From positions 1 to 32,379 of the IMG/VR virus record IMGVR_UViG_3300032233_000835: a stretch of 32,379 nucleotides of DNA; one strand, written 5' to 3'. Below, in pieces: positions 9,739-19,499 of the stretch; positions within the stretch are counted from its first letter, which is position 1, and each line of letters opens with the position of its first letter. This DNA is from a virus (taxonomy: Duplodnaviria; Caudoviricetes). A program made the translations under genes and the position numbers. A model generated the notes under the pieces. The model was not told the origin of the DNA. It saw only the letters and a program-made list of their open reading frames with translations, and made no database searches.

Positions 9739-12700
9739 ATGAGTTGCGAAAATACTAATGCGAGGCTTCAAATAAAATACAGCACTATAGCGGGACAAGT
9801 TCCTACTATTCCTTCTACAAACGACCACAATGATGGAACTTGGAACCCAACAGACATTTATGTTGGTGAGTTTTTTCTAAATGCGACTGATGATAAACTA
9901 TGGGTAAGAACTATTGATGGTTTACTACCAATGGGTGGAACTGGTGGAACTGGTTCTTTTATTGGTGACTTTGTATCAAAGGCACATGGTGGAACATATT
10001 CTGGTCCTGTTTGGGCACCAACTTTTTCATCTACGTCTATGGTGGCAACTACAATATCGGCTACATCTGTAAATGCTAACATATTCGGTTCGTCTGGTTC
10101 TACATATTATGGAGATGGTTCTCATTTGACTGGAGTAACAACCGTTTGGAATGGTGGAACCGTATCTAACCCAAGTGAGTTCAACAACACGGTTGATTTC
10201 AACCAAGACATATCTGTAAACAATGTTTATGCAGGAACACTTGGTTATACTCACATACACTCAGATGTTACGGTTGATGGTGGTTTAAGTGCATCTTACT
10301 TTGTTGGTGATGGTTCTTTACTTACAAACTTACCTATTGGTCCAACAGCAAACTATTATACTACCAACTCTTATTTAGACGGAAATACTATTAGATTTGA
10401 TAGAACTGATTTATCTGATGCTTATTCAGTTGATCTAACACCTATATTGTTTACACAATCTGTTGCTGGTTTTGATTGGAACTCTTCTTTAAATGAAGCT
10501 ACAATCTTTATCAATGATGGTTCATTCTTTACAATAAACTTAAATGTATTCAGTGATATATCTGCTGGTATCATAAACGCTACTGATGTTTACGCAAGTA
10601 ACTTCTATGGAACATTTAATGGTGTATTCACAGATGATATCTATACAACTTCAGCAACATTGGATGGAACGGAAGCTGTCTTTACAAGAACAGACGGAGT
10701 TACTTATTCATTAGACCTTTCTACTTTTAGTGGAGGCGGTGGTGCTACTGGACCTGCTGGTGCAACCGGCGCGACTGGTGCGAACGGATTGAGGTCTATT
10801 ATGAACTTATCATATACAGGTTCTGGCTTAACATTAGGTTTAGGAACAAAAACATTACCTATTGGAACTCCAATAAACAACTTAGGTTGGCAACAAGGAA
10901 CAAGAGTTAGAATCTGGAATGACGCTACTCATTATATGGAAGGACAAATAACTTCTACTATTGCTAACCCACAAACAACTGGTATAAATGTAAATGTTGA
11001 TTATGTTGTTGGAACTGGTTCTTTTGGAGCTTGGTATGTTGGTATTGCTGGTGATTTAGGTTCTGGTGGTTCTGGTGGTTCTCAAACATTAGAAGATACA
11101 TTAGTATTAGGAAATCAAACAGGTGCAAATGATATAATAGTAAATACTGGTTATGGTATTAAACATGATACCGATAATACTTTAATGGTTGAATATGGCA
11201 ATGATGGAACATTTGATTATGTATCTGTTGGAGACACAACAAGTTCAACATTTAAGGTAAGAAAAGACAATGATTGGAGAATAGATCAAACATTAGGAAG
11301 CGTAACCACATCAGTATTTTCTAATGTCGGTGATGGTAGTGTAGATATATTATCAACTGATGGCACAACAAGTGCAAGTATATCTGTTCAATCTGTTGGT
11401 GATATAAATATGTTAGGAAGCAATCAAATATATTATAGCCTTACAGACCCTTCAAGTAACTTTAGTGCAGTAGGAACTATTGCAAAAGACACAACAAGTT
11501 TAGGTAATGATTATATTTCTCCTAACCCAGGTTTTCCTGATTTTCACAGAAGAGGCTCGGTAAATACTAAATCTGGAGCTGCGATGGGTGATGAAACTTG
11601 GGGTGAGTTAAGATCTGAAAATGTGAATGGAACTTCTTACGCTTACATTAGGTCAACTGACTTAGGTGGAGCCTACCCTGCGAATATAATGGAAGTTGGT
11701 GATGTAGGAACTGATTGGACTACAATAGAACACAACTTCAATGAGATAAAGATAACATCAACAAATACTGGTTTCTATGGTGTTCAGTATGACCAAGATT
11801 GGTCAGCTAACTACACGAATAGAAGTTTAGTTGATAAGGAATATGTTGATACACATATATCTTCAGGTGCTACTGGACTTGGTGGTGTTTTAAGTATCTC
11901 AAACTCCACTGGAGCGAACGATATACTTGCTTCAAATGGTTATGGTATTGCCAACTATGATGGTGTTCAAAAAAGCAAAGGTCTTGGATTTGATTCCGAT
12001 AGTGTATTTTTATATAGTGGAACTGGTTCTATAGAAGACTATTCTCCTAATGGTATGTTGAGTATGGATAGTGCCGGAGCAATAAACGTGCAAACCGTTG
12101 ATAGTCTATATGTGAATATGAACCTTTATGGTTCTGGAACTGGTGTCTTCAATGTAAACGGACATAGCTCGTTCGCAGGTATACAATACCAAAACAACTA
12201 TTCTGCTAACTACACAAGCAGAAGTTTGGTTGATAAAGGATATGTTGATGGAGCTGCTATTAGTGCGGCAGGTGGAACAGCAGCAGCTACTATGTTTGCA
12301 TCGGTTGTATCTCCTGCCGCGTTTGGTGGTCTTCCTTGGTATAAACTTAATACTCCAGCAATATCTTTCTCAACTGCCAACTATACCTTATCACAGAATG
12401 TAATAAACTACTCAATGATAAGCTTAGTTCCAGGTGAGGTAATAAACGAGATTGCTATATATTGCTCTACTGCTTTAGCAGCGGCTACTGCTTCTATCGC
12501 CTTATATTCTGTTAGTTTGGATGCAAATGGATATCATTACCCATCTACTCTCTTAACTACATTTGGAGATTTATCGTTGGCGACTACTGGTAGAAAAACA
12601 ATAACAGGGTTGAACTATACAATACCTTTTTCTAAGAATGGAATATACTATACTGCTATTCTAAGAACAGGAGCGGCAGGGTCTCCTACAATAACAGGAC

Positions 12701-12873
12701 CAGCGAATACCACTTCTAATGTTTATTATGGATCGTTGAATGCTACAACAATGGATAGACCGATGACGGCAAGACCATCAGTAGCGTTTACTTCGTTTCC
12801 AACAACAATAACTTCAGCATCCTATTCGGCATATGTTTCTTCAACAACTTTGCCATACATAGGGTTTAGATAA
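9739..12873 (+). CDS. Tail fibre / receptor-binding protein with internal repeats
   Basis: 1044 aa, G/S/T-rich; short collagen-like GATGPAGATGATG; paired repeats such as GDGSxLT, NxTGANDI and SANYTxRSLVDKxYVD. Confidence 0.7.
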   Translation: MSCENTNARLQIKYSTIAGQVPTIPSTNDHNDGTWNPTDIYVGEFFLNATDDKLWVRTIDGLLPMGGTGGTGSFIGDFVSKAHGGTYSGPVWAPTFSSTSMVATTISATSVNANIFGSSGSTYYGDGSHLTGVTTVWNGGTVSNPSEFNNTVDFNQDISVNNVYAGTLGYTHIHSDVTVDGGLSASYFVGDGSLLTNLPIGPTANYYTTNSYLDGNTIRFDRTDLSDAYSVDLTPILFTQSVAGFDWNSSLNEATIFINDGSFFTINLNVFSDISAGIINATDVYASNFYGTFNGVFTDDIYTTSATLDGTEAVFTRTDGVTYSLDLSTFSGGGGATGPAGATGATGANGLRSIMNLSYTGSGLTLGLGTKTLPIGTPINNLGWQQGTRVRIWNDATHYMEGQITSTIANPQTTGINVNVDYVVGTGSFGAWYVGIAGDLGSGGSGGSQTLEDTLVLGNQTGANDIIVNTGYGIKHDTDNTLMVEYGNDGTFDYVSVGDTTSSTFKVRKDNDWRIDQTLGSVTTSVFSNVGDGSVDILSTDGTTSASISVQSVGDINMLGSNQIYYSLTDPSSNFSAVGTIAKDTTSLGNDYISPNPGFPDFHRRGSVNTKSGAAMGDETWGELRSENVNGTSYAYIRSTDLGGAYPANIMEVGDVGTDWTTIEHNFNEIKITSTNTGFYGVQYDQDWSANYTNRSLVDKEYVDTHISSGATGLGGVLSISNSTGANDILASNGYGIANYDGVQKSKGLGFDSDSVFLYSGTGSIEDYSPNGMLSMDSAGAINVQTVDSLYVNMNLYGSGTGVFNVNGHSSFAGIQYQNNYSANYTSRSLVDKGYVDGAAISAAGGTAAATMFASVVSPAAFGGLPWYKLNTPAISFSTANYTLSQNVINYSMISLVPGEVINEIAIYCSTALAAATASIALYSVSLDANGYHYPSTLLTTFGDLSLATTGRKTITGLNYTIPFSKNGIYYTAILRTGAAGSPTITGPANTTSNVYYGSLNATTMDRPMTARPSVAFTSFPTTITSASYSAYVSSTTLPYIGFR

Positions 12874-12893
12874 AAAAATATAATATTATTATT

Positions 12894-13067
12894 ATGATAA
12901 GAATAGACACAAATGAAACTTGGATGAAACAACAAGACGGGACAATGCTTTTAGTGATCGCTGAGCAGGTTGAGGTTGATATAAAAACTCCTGAAGAGGA
13001 GTTATATGAGAAGGAGCAAGAGCTTATTAGAATATATAATGAAGTTCAAGAACTCAAAAATAAATAA
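12894..13067 (+). CDS. 57-aa acidic coiled-coil protein missing from the ORF track (possible fibre chaperone)
   Basis: My translation is MIRIDTNETWMKQQDGTMLLVIAEQVEVDIKTPEEELYEKEQELIRIYNEVQELKNK*; it fills the gap between two genes. Confidence 0.7.
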   Translation: MIRIDTNETWMKQQDGTMLLVIAEQVEVDIKTPEEELYEKEQELIRIYNEVQELKNK

Positions 13068-13072
13068 CAATA

Positions 13073-13876
13073 ATGGGTATATTATTAAACGATAATGGAT
13101 ATAAATATGTTCTTACCTGGAACCCAACAACTAGCAATCTTGAGTTGTTAAAATATGGGTTGACTACATTTGACTATTCATCAGGTGAATACTTAAAGAC
13201 TCTATTGGATACGACTATCATTGGAGGTGGTGGTGGTGGATCGGGAACCTCTGGGACATCAGGAACTTCTGGGACTTCTGGTTTATCAGGAACTTCTGGG
13301 ACTTCTGGCTCAAGCGGTGTAAATGGTTTTAGCTCCAATATATTTTTATATGAAGCCAAAACATCAAATACTACAGGCGATCCTGGTTCGGGTCATATTC
13401 TATGGAACAATGCAACTCAAATCTCTGCAACTCAAATAAATATAAACCATCTTACGGATTCTCCGATTATAGATATAGACATATTTTTGGCATTATTAGG
13501 CACGGGACAGAAGATTACGATACAAGATAGAAACGATAGTGGTAACTATCAAATATGGTTGATTACATCAACTCCAACTTTAAATGTAGGAGCCAGCAAC
13601 TATTGGCAAGTGCCTGTGTCTTTAATCTCATCTGCTGGGTTAGGAACAACAAACTTTTCAAACAACCATCAAATATTCCTATCAACAATCTCTCAATCAG
13701 GAACTTCTGGAATAAGTGGAACATCAGGAACATCAGGAACTTCTGGAATAAACGGTTCTTTTGGAACAAGTGGGACTTCTGGAATAAATGGTTCTTCAGG
13801 AACGAGTGGAACTTCAGCGAGCAACAATACACAAGTAGTAGATGCGATGCTTCTTTTCCTATCTATAAACACATAA
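13073..13876 (+). CDS. Gly-Thr-Ser triplet-repeat (collagen-like) fibre protein
   Basis: Two (G-T-S)n blocks flank a globular beta-rich domain. Confidence 0.7.
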   Translation: MGILLNDNGYKYVLTWNPTTSNLELLKYGLTTFDYSSGEYLKTLLDTTIIGGGGGGSGTSGTSGTSGTSGLSGTSGTSGSSGVNGFSSNIFLYEAKTSNTTGDPGSGHILWNNATQISATQININHLTDSPIIDIDIFLALLGTGQKITIQDRNDSGNYQIWLITSTPTLNVGASNYWQVPVSLISSAGLGTTNFSNNHQIFLSTISQSGTSGISGTSGTSGTSGINGSFGTSGTSGINGSSGTSGTSASNNTQVVDAMLLFLSINT

Positions 13877-13892
13877 AAATAATATATAAAAA

Positions 13893-14324
13893 ATGGCAAC
13901 AAACCTTACATTTACAAGCACATCGTTTTATCAAGGAACCACAATGAGTGCTACCGCGTCTACACCGGCTACTGGAAAAGACATATTAGGTGGAACAGCA
14001 TCATATGATAGAAGATTATATGGTATATCTGCGACTTCTACAGACACCGTAGCGAGAGATATGACTCTATGGTTCGGAACATCAACACAATATTTTCAAA
14101 TAGCTAGAATCGCCATTCCAGTGAACGCTGGAAATACAAATGCTATCGGTCAAGTAGACATACTTGGAGATAGTAAGTTTGCAGGAACTTTTCAAAAACA
14201 GGCAGATGCCAACGGAAAACCTTATTTTAATCTACCGGCAGGATATACTATAGTGGCAGGAACTCCACAAACTACTGCTGGAACTTTTATTACCGTTCAT
14301 ACATTCGGAGAAAACTATAACTAA
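13893..14324 (+). CDS. Putative virion structural protein
   Basis: 143 aa, T/A/G-rich, within the fibre cluster. Confidence 0.55.
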   Translation: MATNLTFTSTSFYQGTTMSATASTPATGKDILGGTASYDRRLYGISATSTDTVARDMTLWFGTSTQYFQIARIAIPVNAGNTNAIGQVDILGDSKFAGTFQKQADANGKPYFNLPAGYTIVAGTPQTTAGTFITVHTFGENYN

Positions 14325-14327
14325 AAA

Positions 14328-15212
14328 ATGCAACTAGGACACCAAACTGGAAGACTTCAAGGAATAAAGAACGGAAAAGGTCAAGCAAACAAGCATAGTG
14401 GGTTGAAACAGGGTATGCATAAGCTAACGCAGGACAAGACACATAGTCAGGATCCTGCCGAACTTACTGGAATAAAAAAACCAATCATATTTTGTATCAG
14501 CGACTTCTATACTCAACCATCCAACATAGAGACTAGACTTTTAGATCTATGTGGTTCTGGATACGCATTATATTGTAATGCCGGTGGCTCTTATAGACCT
14601 CAACCAATAGTAAAAGATATATTCAACAACAAGACCAGTATGGACTTTCAAAACCCATCTTCGTATTTAGTTCCTATTCCTACTCTCGCTCTTACAAACT
14701 ATAACGCGATTACAACAATAATGGTGGTTAAGCTAAAAGGTCTTGCAACCAAGGCAGTATTTACAATAGACGACACTACTACACCAGGTGGACTAAACAT
14801 TACAATAGAAGATACAGACAATAGGATATCTTCTACTTTTTATGGAGGACAGCCAGGTTCTGTAACGAACAGCAAGTTTGAATCGTTTAAGCCATCTGGC
14901 GAGGCATGGGAATGGCAGATAATAACTTCAAAGGTAAGATTGGCTCAACCACAAGGTGCTGGTTCCGAACAAGAACTTTACATAAACGGTAACCTTCAAA
15001 AAAAGTTTATTAGTTCTAACTTTAATGTTATTACTACGGCATTCAACTCGGCACAAAATATCATTGTTGGAAATGATAATAGTATTCTATCAGGAACGAA
15101 AGGTGATGGAATAAAACTAGGAGGCATAGTCGTTCTTCCATACTGGGCGAACGAAACCGAACAGATAAGAATAGAAAACTATTGGAGAAGTTATTATGGA
15201 AGCAAGTTTTGA
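14328..15212 (+). CDS. Concanavalin A/LamG-like beta-sandwich protein (possible carbohydrate binding)
   Basis: ITTIMVVK, WQIITS, ELYING, IIVG and terminal IENYWRSYYG patterns typical of phage LamG-like domains. Confidence 0.55.
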   Translation: MQLGHQTGRLQGIKNGKGQANKHSGLKQGMHKLTQDKTHSQDPAELTGIKKPIIFCISDFYTQPSNIETRLLDLCGSGYALYCNAGGSYRPQPIVKDIFNNKTSMDFQNPSSYLVPIPTLALTNYNAITTIMVVKLKGLATKAVFTIDDTTTPGGLNITIEDTDNRISSTFYGGQPGSVTNSKFESFKPSGEAWEWQIITSKVRLAQPQGAGSEQELYINGNLQKKFISSNFNVITTAFNSAQNIIVGNDNSILSGTKGDGIKLGGIVVLPYWANETEQIRIENYWRSYYGSKF

Positions 15213-15408
15213 TAATACTACACACAGATTGGAGTTTAAACAAGAGATTTTGGACAATCCAATCATTATAGAGATATATAATGGCGGTCCAAACCCATAT
15301 TATACGATAGATCCATTGAATACTCCAGATGATGTAAGGGAATATTATTACTATCAGGGTATAGACTATCTATTTGATATAGTTCCTATAAAAACAATAA
15401 TCTCTTAA
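15196..15408 (+). CDS. Hypothetical protein
   Basis: 70-aa acidic ORF overlapping the upstream stop and filling the gap. Confidence 0.6.
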   Translation: MEASFDNTTHRLEFKQEILDNPIIIEIYNGGPNPYYTIDPLNTPDDVREYYYYQGIDYLFDIVPIKTIIS

Positions 15409-15418
15409 TATATATTTT
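15390..15418 (+). promoter_or_regulatory. Class I promoter variant AAAAAC-N15-TATATTTT
   Basis: Same spacing with one mismatch; upstream of 15438 and the tape measure gene. Confidence 0.65.
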
Positions 15419-15437
15419 ATTAAAAGAAATATATTAT

Positions 15438-15956
15438 ATGCCAATCCGTCAATGTAGAATAGACAATAAACCAGGGTATAAATGGGGTCAACAAGGTAAA
15501 TGTTATGACTACAACCCAAACGATGAAAATAGCAAGTATGAGGCTAAAAAGAAAGCCATCTCTCAAGGTATTGCTATTGGTGACTTTGAAGCGATCGCTA
15601 TACAAGTTGCACTATTCAAAGGAACATATAAGTTTTCTGAAGTAGATTTAGCTGGTGGTGTTGGTTTTGATTTTGATGGTGTTCTTTCAACTTTAAGAGG
15701 ACAAACAATAGCAAGACAAACATCGGCTGAAATCTATATTATTACAGCAAGAAGTGCTTCAAACCTCGGTGGTTACTATGGAACTGCTGAAGTATATAAG
15801 ATTGCTGATAAACTAAACATACCACACTCAAATGTATTCTTTGAAGGTTCAAATCAAAGAAAGATAGCTAAAGTTAAGGAACTTGGATTATCTACATTCT
15901 ATGATAACAACCGTGATGTTATAAATGCACTTCCTTCAGTAGGAAAACTATTCTAA
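15438..15956 (+). CDS. HAD-superfamily phosphatase-like domain fused to a small N-terminal KPGYKWG domain
   Basis: HAD motifs FDFDGVL (I), IITAR (II), K (III) and FYDNN (IV). Confidence 0.65.
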   Translation: MPIRQCRIDNKPGYKWGQQGKCYDYNPNDENSKYEAKKKAISQGIAIGDFEAIAIQVALFKGTYKFSEVDLAGGVGFDFDGVLSTLRGQTIARQTSAEIYIITARSASNLGGYYGTAEVYKIADKLNIPHSNVFFEGSNQRKIAKVKELGLSTFYDNNRDVINALPSVGKLF

Positions 15957-15971
15957 AAAAAATATACTAAA

Positions 15972-18900
15972 ATGGCTGATCAAAATATAAACATTAAGTT
16001 ACTGATAGATGCGGCAGAAGCTGCCAAATCGGTTCAAGAAACAAAGAAAGCTTTAAGAGATCTTAAAACTGCTGCACTTCAAGTAGAAGAAGGTTCACAA
16101 GCATTTAATGATATTACAACTGCTGCAGGTCAACTACAAGATAAAATAGGTGACTTAGCTGCAACTACTAAATATCTTGGAGATGACTTAAAGAACCTAA
16201 AGGGTTTTACAAGTATTGCTTCTGGTATCGCTGGTGCATTCGCAGCCGCACAAGGAGCAGCTGCCTTATTTGGTGGTGAGAACAAACAACTTGAAGAAAG
16301 TATATTGAAAGTTCAATCGGCTATGGGTGTCTTACAAGGTATTCAAGCGGTTGGTGAAGTTTTACAAAAAGAAAGTGCTGCTACACTATTCATTCAAAAT
16401 GGTTTGAGAAAAACTGCCATACTTTTAACATCTGAACAAGCTGTTGCTGAAGCAGCTGAAGCAGTTGCGGCTGGAACTGCAACAATAGCACAGAGAGCTT
16501 TAAACGCGGCAATGAATGCTAACCCTATATTAGCATTAGTTAGTTTGTTAGCGATTGCTACAACAGCCTTATATGCGTTCTCTAAAGGATCGGAGAAATC
16601 TACAAAAGAAACTGAAAAGTCTAAAAAAGCATCTGAAGATAGAACTAAAGCACTTGAAGAAGAAAACAAAGCATATGGTGACTTTATTGGTAAGGAAATG
16701 GCTGGTTATCAAACATTGGCTACACAACTTGCTCAATCAAACCCAAAATCACAAGAAAGATTAGACCTTATCAAAAAGATAAATGAAACTTATGGAACAA
16801 CTATTAAGAATCTATCTGATGAAAAGCTGTTTCAAGATCAAGTATCTAAATCTGTTGAAGTTTATATTGGCTTCTTAAAACAAAAATATGCTTTACAATC
16901 ACAAGAGAAAGCTATTGAAGAATCATTTGCTAAACAAGCTCTTTTAGAAAAAGAGTTACTTGACTTAACAATAAAAAGAGGTGTTCAACAAACTATTTTG
17001 AACGGTAAACAAACTACCACTTATAGAGATATTGATATTAAAACAACTCCTGAGTATCAACAACTTGAACAAATAGATAAAGTTATCAAACAAAAACAAA
17101 ATCAAAAACTTGTTGAAGAAGGTGTTGTTAAATCAGCAGTTCAAAATAGTATTGACCTATCAAAATCTATTGAATCAAGTGGTTTAAAGATATCAAGTGA
17201 GACTGCTAAAACAAGCAAGAAAGTTACAGATACTGCACAAAAAACTGCTGATAAACTTGCTGAGATAAACTTAGAATATCAAAAAGCTTTGGCAGCACTT
17301 GTTGTTGAAACAAACGATAACTTATTGGAACAGCAAGCACTCCTTCTTTCTGTTTCTGGTGAGAGTGAGGCTAATGCTATTGCGACCGAAAGACTTGATA
17401 CCGAAACTAAAATAACAGAAGAGTTACAAAATCAGGATACAGAGTTACAAAAACTTGTTGATATTAAGGTTAAAGAACAAGAAGCTACAACTGGTAAAAC
17501 TGCTACGGCTGATCAAGTATCAAAGATTAAAACTACAATACAACAAAGTTCGGAATATCAAACATTCTTAAAGAGTAGTAATGATATTGTTGCTGGTATA
17601 ACAAATCAAGGTGAGAAAGCTATTTATGATATACAAAAAGATTGGGCTGAAAGAAGAAAGAAACTTTTAGCAGAAACAACCAAAAAGATTCTTGCTACTG
17701 ATGAATATGAAAGATTTATTCATGTCTTAAATATGGCTAACAAACTACAGGCACAACAAAATGATATGCCTGGGTTTATGGACAAACTTGCAAAGGTAGG
17801 AGAGGCTAAACAACAACTTGCTATTGAACAGGCTATCTTAAATAGTAAAGAAAGAAATGTTGAATATCAAAAAGAAATAAACAAAGGTCTTTTAGAATCT
17901 GGTATGATTACTCAAGAAGATTTTGATAGAGTTATAACTGATATTGAAACTGCCAATACTTTAACTAAGAATAGTATATCTCAAATCAAAAAGGATTTGA
18001 TGTCTCTAAAAGACCAACTGGCAAATCCTCAAGTTCCAACAATAGGTGGCATTGATAAGCTTCAAGAATATTATTTAAAATACAAAGATAATGTTGAAGG
18101 TTTATTTGATTTAAACAGACAATCTAATCTTGATCAACTTGGTGCAAATAAACAAAGTATTGAAATACTATCTGCTTTATATGGTGAGAAGTTTAATATC
18201 ATTAAAAGTGGTGAAGATAAGATAAATGAGATATTAAAAGATAGTGGTAAAGTTTTTTCCGTAAAACCTAAAGAAGGACAGATTGGGATATCAGAACTTA
18301 TTAAACTTGATAATGCTAAAGTAAATGAGTTATTAAATACGCTTAATACTGACCTTGGGACAAAATACCAAGATATTATAGACAAAGAACAAAAGTATTT
18401 TGAGAAATCTACCTTTAATAACTTTACAAGTTTACAGGAAAAGATGGCTTTTAATGAAAGGGCTTATAAAAGAGGTGAGTTTTCATTAAGTGAGTTTAAT
18501 CACAATAAGGAAATGATTGAGAAAGAGTATGATGAAAAAGATACAACTTTAAAACAAAATCATGAAGAAAACTTATTGGCTATCGGTGTTGTTTATGGTG
18601 AAAAAACTCAAGCTGATATTGTTAAGTTTGGTGAAGATAGAATAGCTGAGAAGAAAAGATTGGCAGCAGAAGAAGTTGCAATAGAACAAAAGAAGAATGA
18701 CTATCTTATTGCAGCTGGACAATCTTTATATAACACTTTAAGGTCTCAAATAGATTATTTTCAACAAGAAAAGATTAGAGCAATGGAAAATGAACAAAAC
18801 TTGAGAATAGCTGCTATTGATGCTGAACTACTTGATTTTGATAATAGAGATAAACAAATAACCGCTGCTGAACAAGCTAAGATTGATGAGAGAAAAGCTA

Positions 18901-19463
18901 TTGAAGATAAAAAGGCTTTAATACAAGCTGAGTATGATAAGAAGCTTAGAGATGAAAAGATTAAGCAGTTTAATATAAACAAGGCTATGGATGTTATACA
19001 GATCGGTATAAACACCGCTGTTGCTGTATCAAGAGCTCTTATACCACCAGCAACGGTTATGATTCCTTATATTATCGCGGCTGGTGCGGCAGAAGCAGTG
19101 TTTGTGGCATCACAACAACCTAACTTTGCTGATGGTGGTTTGGTTATAGGACCAGGTGGACCAAAAGACGATATGGTTAAAGCCAATCTTTCTAATGGTG
19201 AAGTTGTGATCAATGCTAAATCTTCTAAGAAATATGGTAAGATGCTTGATGCTATCAACCAAGCTGGTGGTGGTAAACCTATTCCTTTTAAAGATGGTGG
19301 TGTAGTTACTGCTCCAGTTCAAACATTTAATACTGATATGGAAGATTTCAAATCTTTGATACTTGATATTGTGAATAGACCTATTGAAACCTATGTAAAA
19401 GAGAGTTCAATCACAAACGCACAAAGAAGTCAATCAGAACAAAATAGAAGAACTTCTTTCTAA
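15972..19463 (+). CDS. Tail tape measure protein
   Basis: 1163 aa, helical/coiled-coil; AQRALNAAMNANPI motif; C-terminal FADGGLVIGPGGPKDD...LSNGEVVINA. Confidence 0.9.
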   Translation: MADQNINIKLLIDAAEAAKSVQETKKALRDLKTAALQVEEGSQAFNDITTAAGQLQDKIGDLAATTKYLGDDLKNLKGFTSIASGIAGAFAAAQGAAALFGGENKQLEESILKVQSAMGVLQGIQAVGEVLQKESAATLFIQNGLRKTAILLTSEQAVAEAAEAVAAGTATIAQRALNAAMNANPILALVSLLAIATTALYAFSKGSEKSTKETEKSKKASEDRTKALEEENKAYGDFIGKEMAGYQTLATQLAQSNPKSQERLDLIKKINETYGTTIKNLSDEKLFQDQVSKSVEVYIGFLKQKYALQSQEKAIEESFAKQALLEKELLDLTIKRGVQQTILNGKQTTTYRDIDIKTTPEYQQLEQIDKVIKQKQNQKLVEEGVVKSAVQNSIDLSKSIESSGLKISSETAKTSKKVTDTAQKTADKLAEINLEYQKALAALVVETNDNLLEQQALLLSVSGESEANAIATERLDTETKITEELQNQDTELQKLVDIKVKEQEATTGKTATADQVSKIKTTIQQSSEYQTFLKSSNDIVAGITNQGEKAIYDIQKDWAERRKKLLAETTKKILATDEYERFIHVLNMANKLQAQQNDMPGFMDKLAKVGEAKQQLAIEQAILNSKERNVEYQKEINKGLLESGMITQEDFDRVITDIETANTLTKNSISQIKKDLMSLKDQLANPQVPTIGGIDKLQEYYLKYKDNVEGLFDLNRQSNLDQLGANKQSIEILSALYGEKFNIIKSGEDKINEILKDSGKVFSVKPKEGQIGISELIKLDNAKVNELLNTLNTDLGTKYQDIIDKEQKYFEKSTFNNFTSLQEKMAFNERAYKRGEFSLSEFNHNKEMIEKEYDEKDTTLKQNHEENLLAIGVVYGEKTQADIVKFGEDRIAEKKRLAAEEVAIEQKKNDYLIAAGQSLYNTLRSQIDYFQQEKIRAMENEQNLRIAAIDAELLDFDNRDKQITAAEQAKIDERKAIEDKKALIQAEYDKKLRDEKIKQFNINKAMDVIQIGINTAVAVSRALIPPATVMIPYIIAAGAAEAVFVASQQPNFADGGLVIGPGGPKDDMVKANLSNGEVVINAKSSKKYGKMLDAINQAGGGKPIPFKDGGVVTAPVQTFNTDMEDFKSLILDIVNRPIETYVKESSITNAQRSQSEQNRRTSF

Positions 19464-19465
19464 AA

Positions 19466-19494
19466 GAAAACAAAAAACACAAAAAATATATTTA
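19466..19494 (+). promoter_or_regulatory. Class I promoter GAAAAC-N15-TATATTTA
   Basis: TATATTTA 19487-19494, 5 nt before the protease start codon. Confidence 0.75.
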
Positions 19495-19499
19495 AGACA

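Noticed and set aside
13223-13821. Short tandem repeats as a CRISPR array
   Set aside because: They are 9-nt coding repeats without unique spacers, and there are no cas genes.
13880-13888. TAATATATA before 13893 as a class II promoter
   Set aside because: It lacks the upstream purine box and sits in an A/T-rich leader inside the structural operon.
13555-13947. Alternate-frame ORF with FWNK/WN repeats, and antisense PEVP-repeat ORFs
   Set aside because: These are frame shadows of the GTS repeat codons.
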